Position numbers and translations under genes: made by a program. DNA of 64,000 nucleotides, from the NCBI GenBank assembly GCA_965153285.1, contig OZ229111.1; one strand, written 5' to 3'. The stretch is from Podarcis tiliguerta. Its lineage: Eukaryota. Every line of letters starts with the position of its first letter. Within the stretch, counting starts at the first letter, position 1. Positions 26,101 through 62,812 of the stretch are shown one piece after another. The notes under the pieces were generated by a model that was not told the DNA's origin, ran no database searches, and worked only from the letters and a program-made list of their open reading frames with translations.

Positions 26101-29100
26101 TCTTTTTGCTTTCTGCTCATCCCTTTAGAACACCCTGGCTTTCCTATTACAAGTCTCTCTCCAAAATTCTGTTCAGGTTTTCCCAAGTCTCATTCTGCAC
26201 TTTTGCAGAAATAATTTCTTTCTGTTTGGTCCTTTTTTTTTTGCCAGTCCCTGACCTCACCTTGCACTATGCCATATCCCATTCAGTGCAGAACTCCCTG
26301 TTGTTTATAGTAACTAGTACAGACCTGAAACAACAGAATTGGTAAACAGTACTGTTAGGCAGCTGCAGTCCTACTTTTGGGCAGTGGTTAGGGGATTCTC
26401 GCAGCTTGTCTCTTAAAGAATATGTCTAACAGAGATCTGGTGATCCTGTCTTCAAGGTAGTGCTGTGGAACAAATAACAACGACAAGCTATATCTCATGA
26501 AGCAGATACACAGGGTTTTCTTGACCAGCAAGCAGGGAGGTATTCAAGTTGTTCAGGAGCGTGCAGAGAAGAGTCAAAGGCCACACTTCTTTTCTCAGTT
26601 CCTTCTGCTTTTTGCTCCGATGTTGACACTCTGTGGCCTTGCATCCTGTCCCTTTTCCTTTGCTGCTTCTCCTTGTCTCTCCCCCACCCTCCCTTTCAGT
26701 CCACCTGCGATTTATTTTTTATTTTTTTGCATATTTTTAAGCCCTTCTGAGTAATTGTGAATTGGCTACCATCTTATTGCCATGCTGGCTATGGCATGGA
26801 AAGTGAGCTTAGGCATGCTCTTTTTTCTCCTTCTCCCCTGTTTGTTTGTTTCTTTCTCTCTTTATCTCTCTCTCTTTCTCTAGCCCCTGTAGTCTTCTCC
26901 CTGCCCCCAATTGTCGCTGGATCCTGAAACAGCCACGCATGTTTATGGACCCAACCCAATCTGCTGCTGCTGCCGCCTTATGAATGGCCTATGGTTGGGT
27001 GGTGGGACTGATTGAGGTAACTCACACATTGCTCTATTGCTGGCTTTGCCGCTGTTCTGCTAGTAGCAATTGTTTACACTGTTGACTCTCTATGGTGCAT
27101 TGAAATTGAGTGGATATTAAATTGGGGTGTGGTGGGTACTGTCCTACCCAGTGACATGCAGGAACAACTTGTTAAAGGCTGCTTATATGGAAAGTTAACT
27201 AAGACATTTGTTGAAACTTGAAGCCAAGTGAGCTTAAGTGAAGTTGGAAATCGTGACTGAACCAGAGAATAAACCAGTTGTTCATGTCCTTGTAATGCTG
27301 AAAATTTGTGGTGGCTGATACGTGGCTGAGATTACTTCATGCAAACTCGTCTTTTGAGCTCATTAGACTAGGGATGAGGAACCATAGGCCTGTGGGGTAT
27401 ATGTCATACCTAAGACCTCCCCATCTGGCCTACAGTGTTCCCTTCCTTGCTACAATTAAATATGAAAAAAGGCTATTCCCAGAGCATTTCAGTTTGTCAC
27501 AGCTAGGAAGGAAAGTGTTAATACTTCCTTTGCACCAAAACATCCTGTGCTCTGCAATTAAACTTGATAAATAGCCTTCTGTTGCCCACAGTAGGTTTTT
27601 CTCAAGCCTAATTGTTGTGATGGTCTGTCACAGCCCATTTGCAATCTCCAGAAAATCCATCCCTCCTCCAGGAGTTGGGCTTCAAAAACCCCAAAATACG
27701 GTTTTCAAGCCAAGTTGGCTGGGGGAGTGAATGCATGTGATATGAAGGCAGGTGTGTATATGCAATCCTTGGAGGGTTTATATCTCATCCTGCTTTAGAT
27801 CTCATTGCCAAGAGTACAATTGCTTGTGTTGTAGTAGCACACGTTTCTATTGCAGAATGAGAGCACCATCAGCAGAGCACGCTTTAGATCCCAGCCCAAG
27901 CCAGAATTCCATGCTGGTGTCTTTGTACCTTATGTTAGCATTAATGTACAGCGATATCAAATTCTAAACACAGCTGTATTGACGTTGTACAAGCTCGTAC
28001 TAAAAATGGTCTCTGGTAGGCCATCAAGGATCACTGACTATATTATTAGAAATATATACAATATACATGAATGCCAGTTGTGCACGTAGAACCCCTAACA
28101 GCAAAGTGTTCCCAAAGCAAGGTAGACATGAGATGGTAAACTGGATTGATTTTAGGCAACTCTAATCTTGCTGTTTTAGTGCTACGCTTGGTGGAATTTG
28201 GAAAGCAATTCCCCACCTTTGGCTTTAATACTAGTTCCTAAATTGACTTCAAGAACCTCAATTTCATTAGTGATGCCTGGAAGTCTTTTGACTTAACAGA
28301 TGTTTTCAATATGAATTGTTTCCATCTCTCCTTTTTGGATAGGTCAGATTCCCTGCGCATTTCATGGGTAATTGCAACTGTTTTGGTGTGATGGAGATGA
28401 GAGTGTGTCACCTATCAGGAATGTGTGGGGCTGAGATACTAATCTTGTGTCTGAATTGGTTTTTGGTTTTTATTGCCATGTAACTAGATTTATAGATTTT
28501 ACGTAACAGGATGCTATACTTCTATTGAACTCTTGAACTCTTCATGCATGCCATTTGAGTGGACAAATACATGCCAGATTTGAGGTGTGTGCTGTCTACA
28601 GAAATGAAACTTCTGGAAATTTGCAAACCATGGAAAAACAAACCCCTAAAAATTTTGAGACAAAATAATATATATATAAGTACTTATTCATCAATTTCAA
28701 ACTTGAATATAAAATGTATTGTGTAAAGTTAGTACTTTAGCAAACAGTAAAATTTAATGAAATTTTAAAAACAAATGCCTTAGTTGTATTTGAGCATCAA
28801 TTACAAATAGGCCCAGAAATAGAGTTACTACCTGCTGAACCTTACATTACATAAATATAACTTCTTTTTGTAAAAATATGGGGGGGGGGGAAATGATACA
28901 TAAAGCAGGAACAATCAGTATTGTGATAAGCAAAATGAAAGTTTTTAACAATTAGGCCTTGAAACAGTCCACCGTCCATAGCATTTATCCAGAAATGGGG
29001 GGGGAAACCAAATTAATAAAAAAAAATCTGGAGACACATGAGGGGATAGTGGATTGATACCACATATCACAAGCAAGATTCATATATATCTGCTTTATAT

Positions 29101-32100
29101 TCAGATGGTGACCTTTTCATGCAGGGGTTCTGTACCCAGCCCCCATACGCGTCAGTGGAGTGCATATAAGCCTTCATCCGGTTCCAACAGGACCTGTGCG
29201 TCTGCAATCGTGCCAGTTGGACGTGCCTAAAATGGTTCCACCTATATAACAGGATTGAGTTCTTTAGTCATTAGCACACAGCAAGTGTGGAAGGCAAGGG
29301 TAAAAAGCCCTAAATAAGCCACATGAAACCCTAATTGAACACTAAAGCACACCCTTGAAAATATCCACAATGAAATTTGTTTCTAATCATGATCATTTCT
29401 GAAAGATCAGTAGATTCCAGTTTTCTGTTTCCTTCTCCATAATCCGTGAACTGAAGGTTTGCTGCTTGAAACAATATCTGCATGTTAGCTTGTTTCTTAA
29501 TTCAGTGTGTACTTAATTTGCATCATTTTATTTCATGCTCAAATTTCAAGTGGAGGAATTTGGAGTAGGCATTAAGAATTGTGCATGTCTTCAAGAAGTA
29601 CCTAACACTTTACATCAGAAATTAAGGAAGTAAGATAAAGATGAAACAAAATTTTAAAGCCCTGTATTAAAAGGTGTCATTCACATTAGGTTGGCTCCAA
29701 TGCTGGAGTAATTCCACTCGCCTAACAAGATTTCACCTGCCTGTTCATTCACATTAGGTTGGCTCCAATGCAATGGAATTCCACTCACCCAACAAGATTT
29801 CACCTGTTCTTCCATTCTGCCCCTGCCACCAACAGACCTCCAAAATCTGCTCCAGAAGGTTTAGAGACCCTTCAGAGAAAATTCTGATTGTGTGGAAGTC
29901 TGTTGCAGATGAGGAGGAGGAAGTGAAGTCCCTTTGCTCAAATACAGAAAGCTGCCTAATCATTGGTCCCTGTAGCTCATTATTGTCTACACTGATATAT
30001 TGGCTCTCTAGGGTTTCAGGCAGGGAGTTTCTCCCAGCTGTACCTAGAGATTAAGCCTGGGACCTTCATCAGGCAAAGCAGATGCTTGCCCTGTCCATAA
30101 TTCCAAAAGTGAAAATAGTTCATAAGTTTTAGATTTTCTTCCACAGCGTCTTTTCTTTTGCATTGAAAAATGGAGGGGAAAGGCCTTGAAGGGAGAAGGG
30201 CATTCCTCTACCTCCCTATTCATTCTTTGTCAATAGATTTCAGCTTAAGAAGGGGAGAGGAAGTCACTGCTGAATGTAGTCACTTCTGCTGTTTGAGCGA
30301 GAAGTATGCCACAGGCAAGAAGCTTTGCCTGCTCATATTATATTGATGCGGCATTTCTCCAGCTCAATCTGCTGTTGAATCAGGAAGGCAGAGGGAGGCT
30401 TTAATGGGCCTCCTGCCTCAGCTAGTTCTAAGGAGATAAGTAGGCTAGAAATGGCTGACCGACAGTTCGCTAGGGCTTTATTGCATCAGAACTGCAGTTC
30501 AGTGAATGGCCTGGATTTGAACAGTCTTGTACCTCAGTTCTCAGCTGTTACCATGACATCCCTTGTGTGACTAGCCCCAGCACTTTGCGTGGTTTTTTGT
30601 AGGAACAGGTTAGCCTATAATTGCCTTAAGCCATCTTCAGAATATCTGTGACCTAGAAATCGTTTTTCTTATCTGTAGGGCTCACACCACCATCATTTAG
30701 CTTGCCCTGGGAAGCCCTAGCAGTCCACTAGATGCCTGCTAATCAGTGAATTGTACAATTGACCACGGCAATCTCTTTTCAGTGCTAAGTGAACTTGCAT
30801 AGCTGTGATGCAGCCTCCAGTTGCAATCTGTGTAGGAATTGTCTCTGTCCAGTATGGGACAAGTTATGTACTGGGAGAAAGTTTGGACATATATATTGGG
30901 TTTCACTTCAGCATCATCATTGTGTGCTATATTTGTGCCCAAGCCCAGTACATTTAAAAACCTGAAATTGGAAATAAACATCAGTATATTCAAAGGGATG
31001 TGTACATATTTTGTGGGTAACACCACATTAGTGTATCTGGGAATACTAGTCAACAAGTTCAGGTCTGTTTAGGAGTTGGACTCCTCATCAGTGAATGTTT
31101 GTATTCCAGAAGTGTTGTCCCCTGCCTGTAGGTTTGGGAGCATAGAACTATGCATAACCATGACCTTGCTGGAACTTTCTGAATCCGCCTTCTAGTACAG
31201 AATCTGGCATCACTCCAATTCTTGGTGATTGGATTGCAAATTTCGAAAACACAGGCAATTTGTGCAAAACCACTTGACCTGGCTGGAGCATATAATGGCT
31301 AGGTCATTCAACATGTTCTATCATCCTGTCTCAGTGTCCAATGTCATGGATCTCTGTCTCTACCACACTAAAAGTAGCTAGGGGGTTGCATCAAATTATA
31401 TTCTGCTAATAAATGGTTTCTTGATCCATCAGAAGCTTATATGAATTCCCCCTTCCCTCTGCAGTCCACTGTGTGCACACACACATTCCAGAGAGTTGGG
31501 GAGCCCTTGAAGTGGGGGGGGGGGGGCGTGGTGTTGGCAGGAGAAAAGGGGAATTTGCAAAACCAGGACTTCCATTCACAGAAACCTCTACTTGAATGAA
31601 GAGCTTGCTGTGGGTGTAGGGCACAATTAGATAGATTGAACCAATGGGAATTCCAATTCATTGGCAAAACTCTGAAACACTTCTGTCACTCTGCAACTTT
31701 TCAATAATTGAACTTGAGACCTATTTCTTAGCTATTGTAACACAGCCCACAGCAAAGATTTAACTAGCTCTGTGAGCCACCTAGTCTTCCTTTATGTAAT
31801 TCATTTTTGCTTTTCTTCTGGGTTGCAGCAGCAGCAGGAGAGTGTCCCACATTTGCATGCAGCCTAGCTCTGGGGACTTGTGGTAAATTATGAGTCCCCT
31901 CCTCTAGTTTTTCAAATGGAGATTAGGTCTAAGAGCAAGAGGTAGAAACAGAGGTTGGTTTGGTATTTGTGTGGCAGCGAGGAGCACCTATACATGGAGG
32001 TGTGATGTTTGGTCAATGCATATTGTGTGTTTTGATACTTCTCATAGCTTTCTGATAGACTGGAAAACTTGGATGATAATTTCTGTGTTTGGTTGTGCGG

Positions 32101-32323
32101 TAATGCTAAGGCAGCATACCATACAAAGTTATTTATGCACACCTTGATGGTAGTGAAACATTAGTAGTTTACAAGAAATATTAAAATTATCAGTTTAAAA
32201 GATTAAAAAATGTCAGCATCTGTGACTGAACAGGCTTGTCTAAACAAAAATGTTTTAAGCAGGTGGGTGTAGAACAGGATACACTAAAGGTGTCTGTCTG
32301 GTGTCAGTAGGCAGGGAGTTCCA

Positions 32324-32359
<36 letters not shown>

Positions 32360-32955
32360 GAGCACAGTAGGCAGGGAGTTCCAAAGTATAGGTGCTGCCA
32401 CACTAAAATACCCATTTCGTATAGCCAAATATGCTTACAAAGCATTTGGTGTATTTCTGGATAAGCAAAAAGCCCTGTTACCCCTGATGACAGCCCCAAA
32501 TGCAGATGTTTCTATTGAATATATAGAAAATACATGTGTACTTTGCCTTTTTGCAGTTAGCCTCCAAAATTATACAATTGTAAAATATAAAAAACATACC
32601 AAAATTGAAAACAAATGGAAGGAAACTATTCTGAAAGGAGACAGAAGTGTCTATAAAGGGACTTGTCCTTGCTGCATGCTTTTGGGAATTGAACTATTGA
32701 CCTTTAGTTTGCAGGATTAACAGTCCTTTGGATTTTCACAATTCAGTTTACACACTTGGCTAGCCCTTGCAAGACAAACAGTTCAGCACTGCATGTGTTT
32801 GTGACAAGTGCAGTTTTTATCTGTCAGTACTTCTTGTTGACCATTTTCTCTTACTGTTCCACAGGGCAGTCAATGGCTTTGACCAAGGCCCACCACCAGG
32901 TCTAGGAGGGTCCAGACCATCATCAGCACCAGGCATGCTCCCTCTGAGTGTATGA
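16026..32955 (+). CDS. NDEL1: NDEL1 (nudE neurodevelopment protein 1-like 1), spliced CDS of 8 coding exons, 1035 nt, 344 aa
   Basis: Exons translate to [37 protein letters not shown]...[16 protein letters not shown]...[13 protein letters not shown]. Exon sizes 86/154/149/137/174/92/152/91 chain in phase with GT-AG sites. PLSV C-terminus, Cys273 and adjacency to MYH10 distinguish it from NDE1. Confidence 0.97.
17000..17560 (-). mobile_element. Degenerate L2-like LINE remnant
   Basis: Motifs similar to the L2 3' end (GGGAGAGGATTCCACAAATGG...GAAAAAGCCC). Similar remnants lie near 7.8, 32.3, 38.9, 55.0 and 63.4 kb. Confidence 0.5.
18113..18366 (+). mobile_element. tRNA-derived squamate SINE (Squam3-like) with (CTC)n tail
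   Basis: A-box TGGTGTAGTGG and B-box-like GGTTCGCTTCC; 3 copies in the window. The family name is tentative. Confidence 0.8.
18904..19057 (+). CDS. NDEL1: NDEL1 coding exon 2
   Basis: ttacag|TTTTCAGGAG...TTAAAG|gtacaa; [51 protein letters not shown]. Confidence 0.96.
19985..20133 (+). CDS. NDEL1: NDEL1 coding exon 3
   Basis: tttcag|GAGAAG...AAGAG|gtaagg; [50 protein letters not shown]. Confidence 0.96.
20815..20951 (+). CDS. NDEL1: NDEL1 coding exon 4
   Basis: ctctag|AGCCACA...GCAAGAG|gtattg; [45 protein letters not shown]. Confidence 0.96.
22493..22666 (+). CDS. NDEL1: NDEL1 coding exon 5
   Basis: ttacag|ATTTAAGA...CCAAAAG|gtagaa; [58 protein letters not shown] (SP/TP CDK-site region). 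Confidence 0.96.
22813..22904 (+). CDS. NDEL1: NDEL1 coding exon 6
   Basis: ctgcag|CTCTTCCC...GTTGGG|gtaaga; [30 protein letters not shown]. Confidence 0.96.
23124..23199. repeat. Compound microsatellite (CT)14(TG)13(AG)11
   Basis: Read directly from the sequence. Confidence 0.97.
23455..23606 (+). CDS. NDEL1: NDEL1 coding exon 7
   Basis: tctcag|GCCTTG...GACAAAGC|gtaagt; [50 protein letters not shown]. Confidence 0.95.
24442..24895. mobile_element. Old hAT-like non-autonomous element hosting the Sauria SINE
   Basis: Imperfect TIR CAGTGGTGGGAAA / TTTTCTCAACCACTG; degenerate 8-bp flanks ctatacgg / ccatagag. Confidence 0.45.
24508..24791 (+). mobile_element. Sauria SINE (5'-truncated)
   Basis: Core GCCAACCTAGCAGTTCAAAAGCAC...GCAAGTAGATAAATAGGTACC and ...GGGGTCCCTTT end. 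Confidence 0.88.
24945..25008 (+). CDS. NDEL1: Candidate NDEL1 64-nt cassette exon
   Basis: tttctcttcctctgtcatatcaagtacag|GAAGAC...CGCAAG|gtaagc; open in the incoming phase ([21 protein letters not shown]). Confidence 0.35.
26884..27016 (+). CDS. NDEL1: Candidate NDEL1 133-nt alternative exon with in-frame stop
   Basis: ~60-nt polypyrimidine tract 26818-26880, then tag|CCCCTG...ATTGAG|gtaact; reads [32 protein letters not shown]. Confidence 0.45.
28343..28367 (+). CDS. NDEL1: Candidate NDEL1 25-nt cassette exon, FMGQ-isoform-like
   Basis: tccatctctcctttttggatag|GTCAGATTCCCTGCGCATTTCATGG|gtaatt; phase 0 reads VRFPAHFM(G), resembling my recollection of the mammalian NDEL1-FMGQ tail (VIFPTLFMGQ). 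Confidence 0.6.
29677..29806. repeat. Diverged ~68-bp tandem duplication
   Basis: TCATTCACATTAGGTTGGCTCCAATGC...AACAAGATTTCACCTG starting at 29677 and 29745. Confidence 0.9.
32865..32955 (+). CDS. NDEL1: NDEL1 terminal coding exon (PLSV isoform)
   Basis: ccacag|GGCAGTCAAT...GTATGA; [29 protein letters not shown]. Confidence 0.95.
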
Positions 32956-34100
32956 ATGGGTTGCAAGGCCATGATGGGACTCTAATTAGTTCGTGAAGGA
33001 ACAAGAGCTGCTTGCAAAACTTTTCCGTTAGTGCCCCCTGCTGGAGCTGAGTGGGTTGTAGCACTCAGAAGCTGCCTGGAGAAGATCCCAGCACACACAG
33101 AGCACTCCTTATGTCAATACAGTCTATTTTCTTCTATTTCCATCGTGGACGTTCTTTAACGTGGTCACCGCTGATGTCTGTCTCACAGGATGCTGGAGTT
33201 GCACTTGCCTAAATCACCTTCTCCTGCTGCCCCACCCTCCAGTTTTGTACCTCTGCTAAGTTGGGCCTACTTTGATGCTGGATGGCCCCTTAGCAACTCC
33301 TCCACCTCCTCCCACTGCTCCCCAAACTTTGCACATAGGCACACAGGATCCCAGTGCTGTATTTCTTTTCCCCACCCTGCCCCCTTTCTGGATGAGACAG
33401 CTCATATTCAAGGGAAGCCAGGGAAGGCCTAGAACTTCTCTGGCCAGCTGATACACTTGGAATGCAGGATGAACCTGTATGGACCTTCCATACTCCCAGT
33501 GAAATGATGATGTATCCAATGGGCTTGAGACCTGATGGAGCAGCCCTGCTAAAGAACTAGCTGTGGTATCTCCTCTGTGGAGCACAAGAAATGTGTGTGT
33601 TGTGCAATTATGTCTCTGTTCACCAAAGCTGGTAATTTTTAAAGTAGAGCAACACCCCTGTTTAATTTTTTAAAAATTTTAGTCAGCTTCATCCTATGCT
33701 GCTGGCTTTTGCCTATCTTATTTCAATAAACCAGTGGTTTGGGGCTCTGGCTTCTTAGTGAGATTTAGTGGGAATTGCCTAAAAGCAAGGGACAGAGAAG
33801 GGAGTAAAAGCCAGAGCAGGCTAGGGGCAAATTGCCACTCACAGCTTGGATTTTGTCAGCCCTTTTCTTGTGTGTCCTTTGCTGCATTTACTGTTTACAT
33901 TTGTTTTACTGTACATAGGTTTGTAAACATAATATCTTTGCCTAAGATATTTGTACATAACTTGGGCTTTGTAGCTTTATTTATTCAGAATCTCTGAGGC
34001 ATGTTTTCCCTAGGACAGTGTATCAGATTTCTGTGGTGACTGCCATCCTGTGGTTCAACGAGAGATGGTCCAAAAATAAAGATCTTTTAATGTGGACACA
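32956..34100 (+). other. NDEL1: NDEL1 3'UTR with poly(A) signals
   Basis: AATAAA at 33725-33730 and 34075-34080, the latter followed by a GU-rich tract near 34135-34160. Confidence 0.75.
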
Positions 34101-35149
34101 TTGGCTTTTGCAGAAAAGATGCTTCTGCCTATGCTTTGTGTGTTGTTGTGGTGAGTGGGTGGTGTCACTGTGGCAGCTGTGGAGCAGGCTCTTCCCCTTA
34201 TAAAGTTGACACAAGTTCCCTTCCACAGCTGTGGCTAGCTGTCAGTAGAGGGTAAATACGGAAGTGAGTGCATCTACAGCTGGATGTGGTGGTGGTCTGA
34301 TCAAAGAACATCCTTTTTCATGTGTTTTGGAATTGTGGCAGCCAGGGAGGGGGCTCTCTTCTACATGCCTAACCTATGTTGGATTCCTGCAGCACATGAT
34401 GAGTGCCAGGAAAGACTAAGAACTAACTAAGAAGAGTACTTAAAACTTGTTTAATGTCAAGATGGCAACTGAACAGAGGATTCAGGTCTTGCACAGCTAG
34501 CAGCTGAAATTCAGGTTTGATGGTTTCTAGTAAGATTTCCAGCCAAAATCGAAACTTTCTGCATGATGCTTCACTACTGTCAACATCCACCATGATTGGC
34601 AGTAGCATGTGCTCCTATTCATCTTCATAGTTTCTTGAAAAAAGTACACACCCAAAAGACCAAGCTTCAGGTAGGACTTTTTCTCCTAGATGTAAATACA
34701 TCAGTAATAATGGACCAATCCACCACTTCTGTACTGTCACAAGTGGTGAGTGGGTACTGCCTTAAGTTATACACCAGTTGCAAATCTATTTATCATCTTC
34801 ATTACACACTGCTACAAGAGTAAACAAAATCTAAAGAGAAAGGGAGTTTGACAGGTGTGGCATCAACCTGTCAAACTTTGCTTACAGATAAAAGGTTCTT
34901 CTCCCTTGTTCTAAATTAAGGAATGGGGGAGGCAGCATTCCCCCCCCCCCAAGTTATTGTGACTAGTATTCCTTGCATTATGTATTGGTTGCTGAACTCT
35001 GCATACATGTTTCTCAAATGCTAAAAATTTTAAACCCAAGAAAATTAATTATTGAAGTAACTTGATGTCTATCACTTAACTGCAATTTAAAATGATTCAG
35101 TATTTAATATCATTTACTTTCATAGCACCATCGGTTTAGCAACAGGGAC

Positions 35150-36593
35150 AAACCTGCAAGTTTCATTTATTCATTTTTTATCGAGTTCTTCTAAGTAAGC
35201 AGCCCAAGCATGAATGAGTCTCTAGAATGAATAAATTTATTGTCTTACAAAAATCATTGTCTAGAAATATGGAGATACAAAGAAACAAGGTATTTGCAGT
35301 CAGATGCCTGGTGGTCAACAGCCAGTTAGGATTAAGAAATACCCAAATGCACAGAAACAAAAGCTTTATAACGAATGTTAAAGCTTGTAACCAAAGAAAA
35401 GTATTTTTTTTCAAGCATGTTGCAACAGATCAAGATTTCATAGTTAACACTGATTCCTCATCACTGAATATCAATACCACTTGGACTAGAGAAGATGTGT
35501 ATGTAACATGATATGATAAAATTAATACATTAAATCATTGTTATAGGCAAATTATATATGTAACATTGTCTTAGTACTGTAGTGTCTAAGGCACTTTCTG
35601 TAAATGTCAGTTCACAGCTATGAAACAATAAGGATGCTAAGCTAGGTGCAGTTAACACTGTCCAAATGAAAGCCGAAGAAAGGGAGAGAGCAGTTCCACA
35701 GGCTGTATCCATTTACAGGCAATGTCCTCATGCTATCCTCTGGCAGACACACTGATCTTGGGCATCAAGATAGCTGGCAAGAGCGGCTCTAATCTTAACA
35801 CTTCTACCCGCAGCAAGGAAACAGTTGCTGGGTAGCTGCGGGGGGTAATCCAATTCCCAGGCTGAGACTATCCAATTTGCACTGAGCACTATTAATAGTA
35901 CTGTACTGAAGAAAGTGGTTAGTATCTTATTTGGTCTCTAATCTGCCAGGACATAGCACCAACCCAATTTGGAGGTCCCACAGTTGAAGAGCGCTCATTA
36001 TGGAGCACCAACTGCTGGCTAGTAGAGATGCTACTCTCAGCTGTACGTTACCCCCTGAAGCCCCTCAGGGCGTTTTCACAGTAAATGACCTAAATCTATC
36101 GTAAAATGATCAGGAAAAAGGCGCAGTCGGGGCTGGTACATAAGCAGAACTTTGGAGACCAAAAGAAGCGCAAGTGATTGCTATACAGCTAAACATGCAT
36201 AGAAAAGGGGAAGAGGCAGGTGTCAGAAACTTCTGCTTGGGAATGGTGTATCAGAAGGGACAGAAGGGTAATCCTATTGCCCAGTGCCTTAGAAAATGGC
36301 TTTACAATGGATACCTTGAAGACAAAGAGCACTGAACGAAGACAGTTTTAATACATATAAAGAAGCAGTGGTACCTATATCCAAAGCAGGCTACATCATG
36401 GCAAAGCCAGGCAGCAGTATGCTGGGGCTGACCTGCATGACCAGGTAGTGTGCCAGTGTTGCCTAAGGCAAGTCTAGGGCCACAAGGCAATTTGGTGGCC
36501 AGTAAGGGCCTCTTCTTCCTCCTCTTCCAAATGCATGGAGCAAAAGTCACATTGGCGGGAATGCCCGCTGTAAGATATGGTGTGGGGGAGGCT
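35150..36593 (-). other. MYH10: MYH10 3'UTR with poly(A) signals
   Basis: Minus-strand AATAAA at 35241-35236 and 35171-35166. 8mer seed matches for miR-124 (35587-35594) and miR-141/200a (35445-35452, 35653-35660). Confidence 0.72.
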
Positions 36594-62812
<26,219 letters not shown>

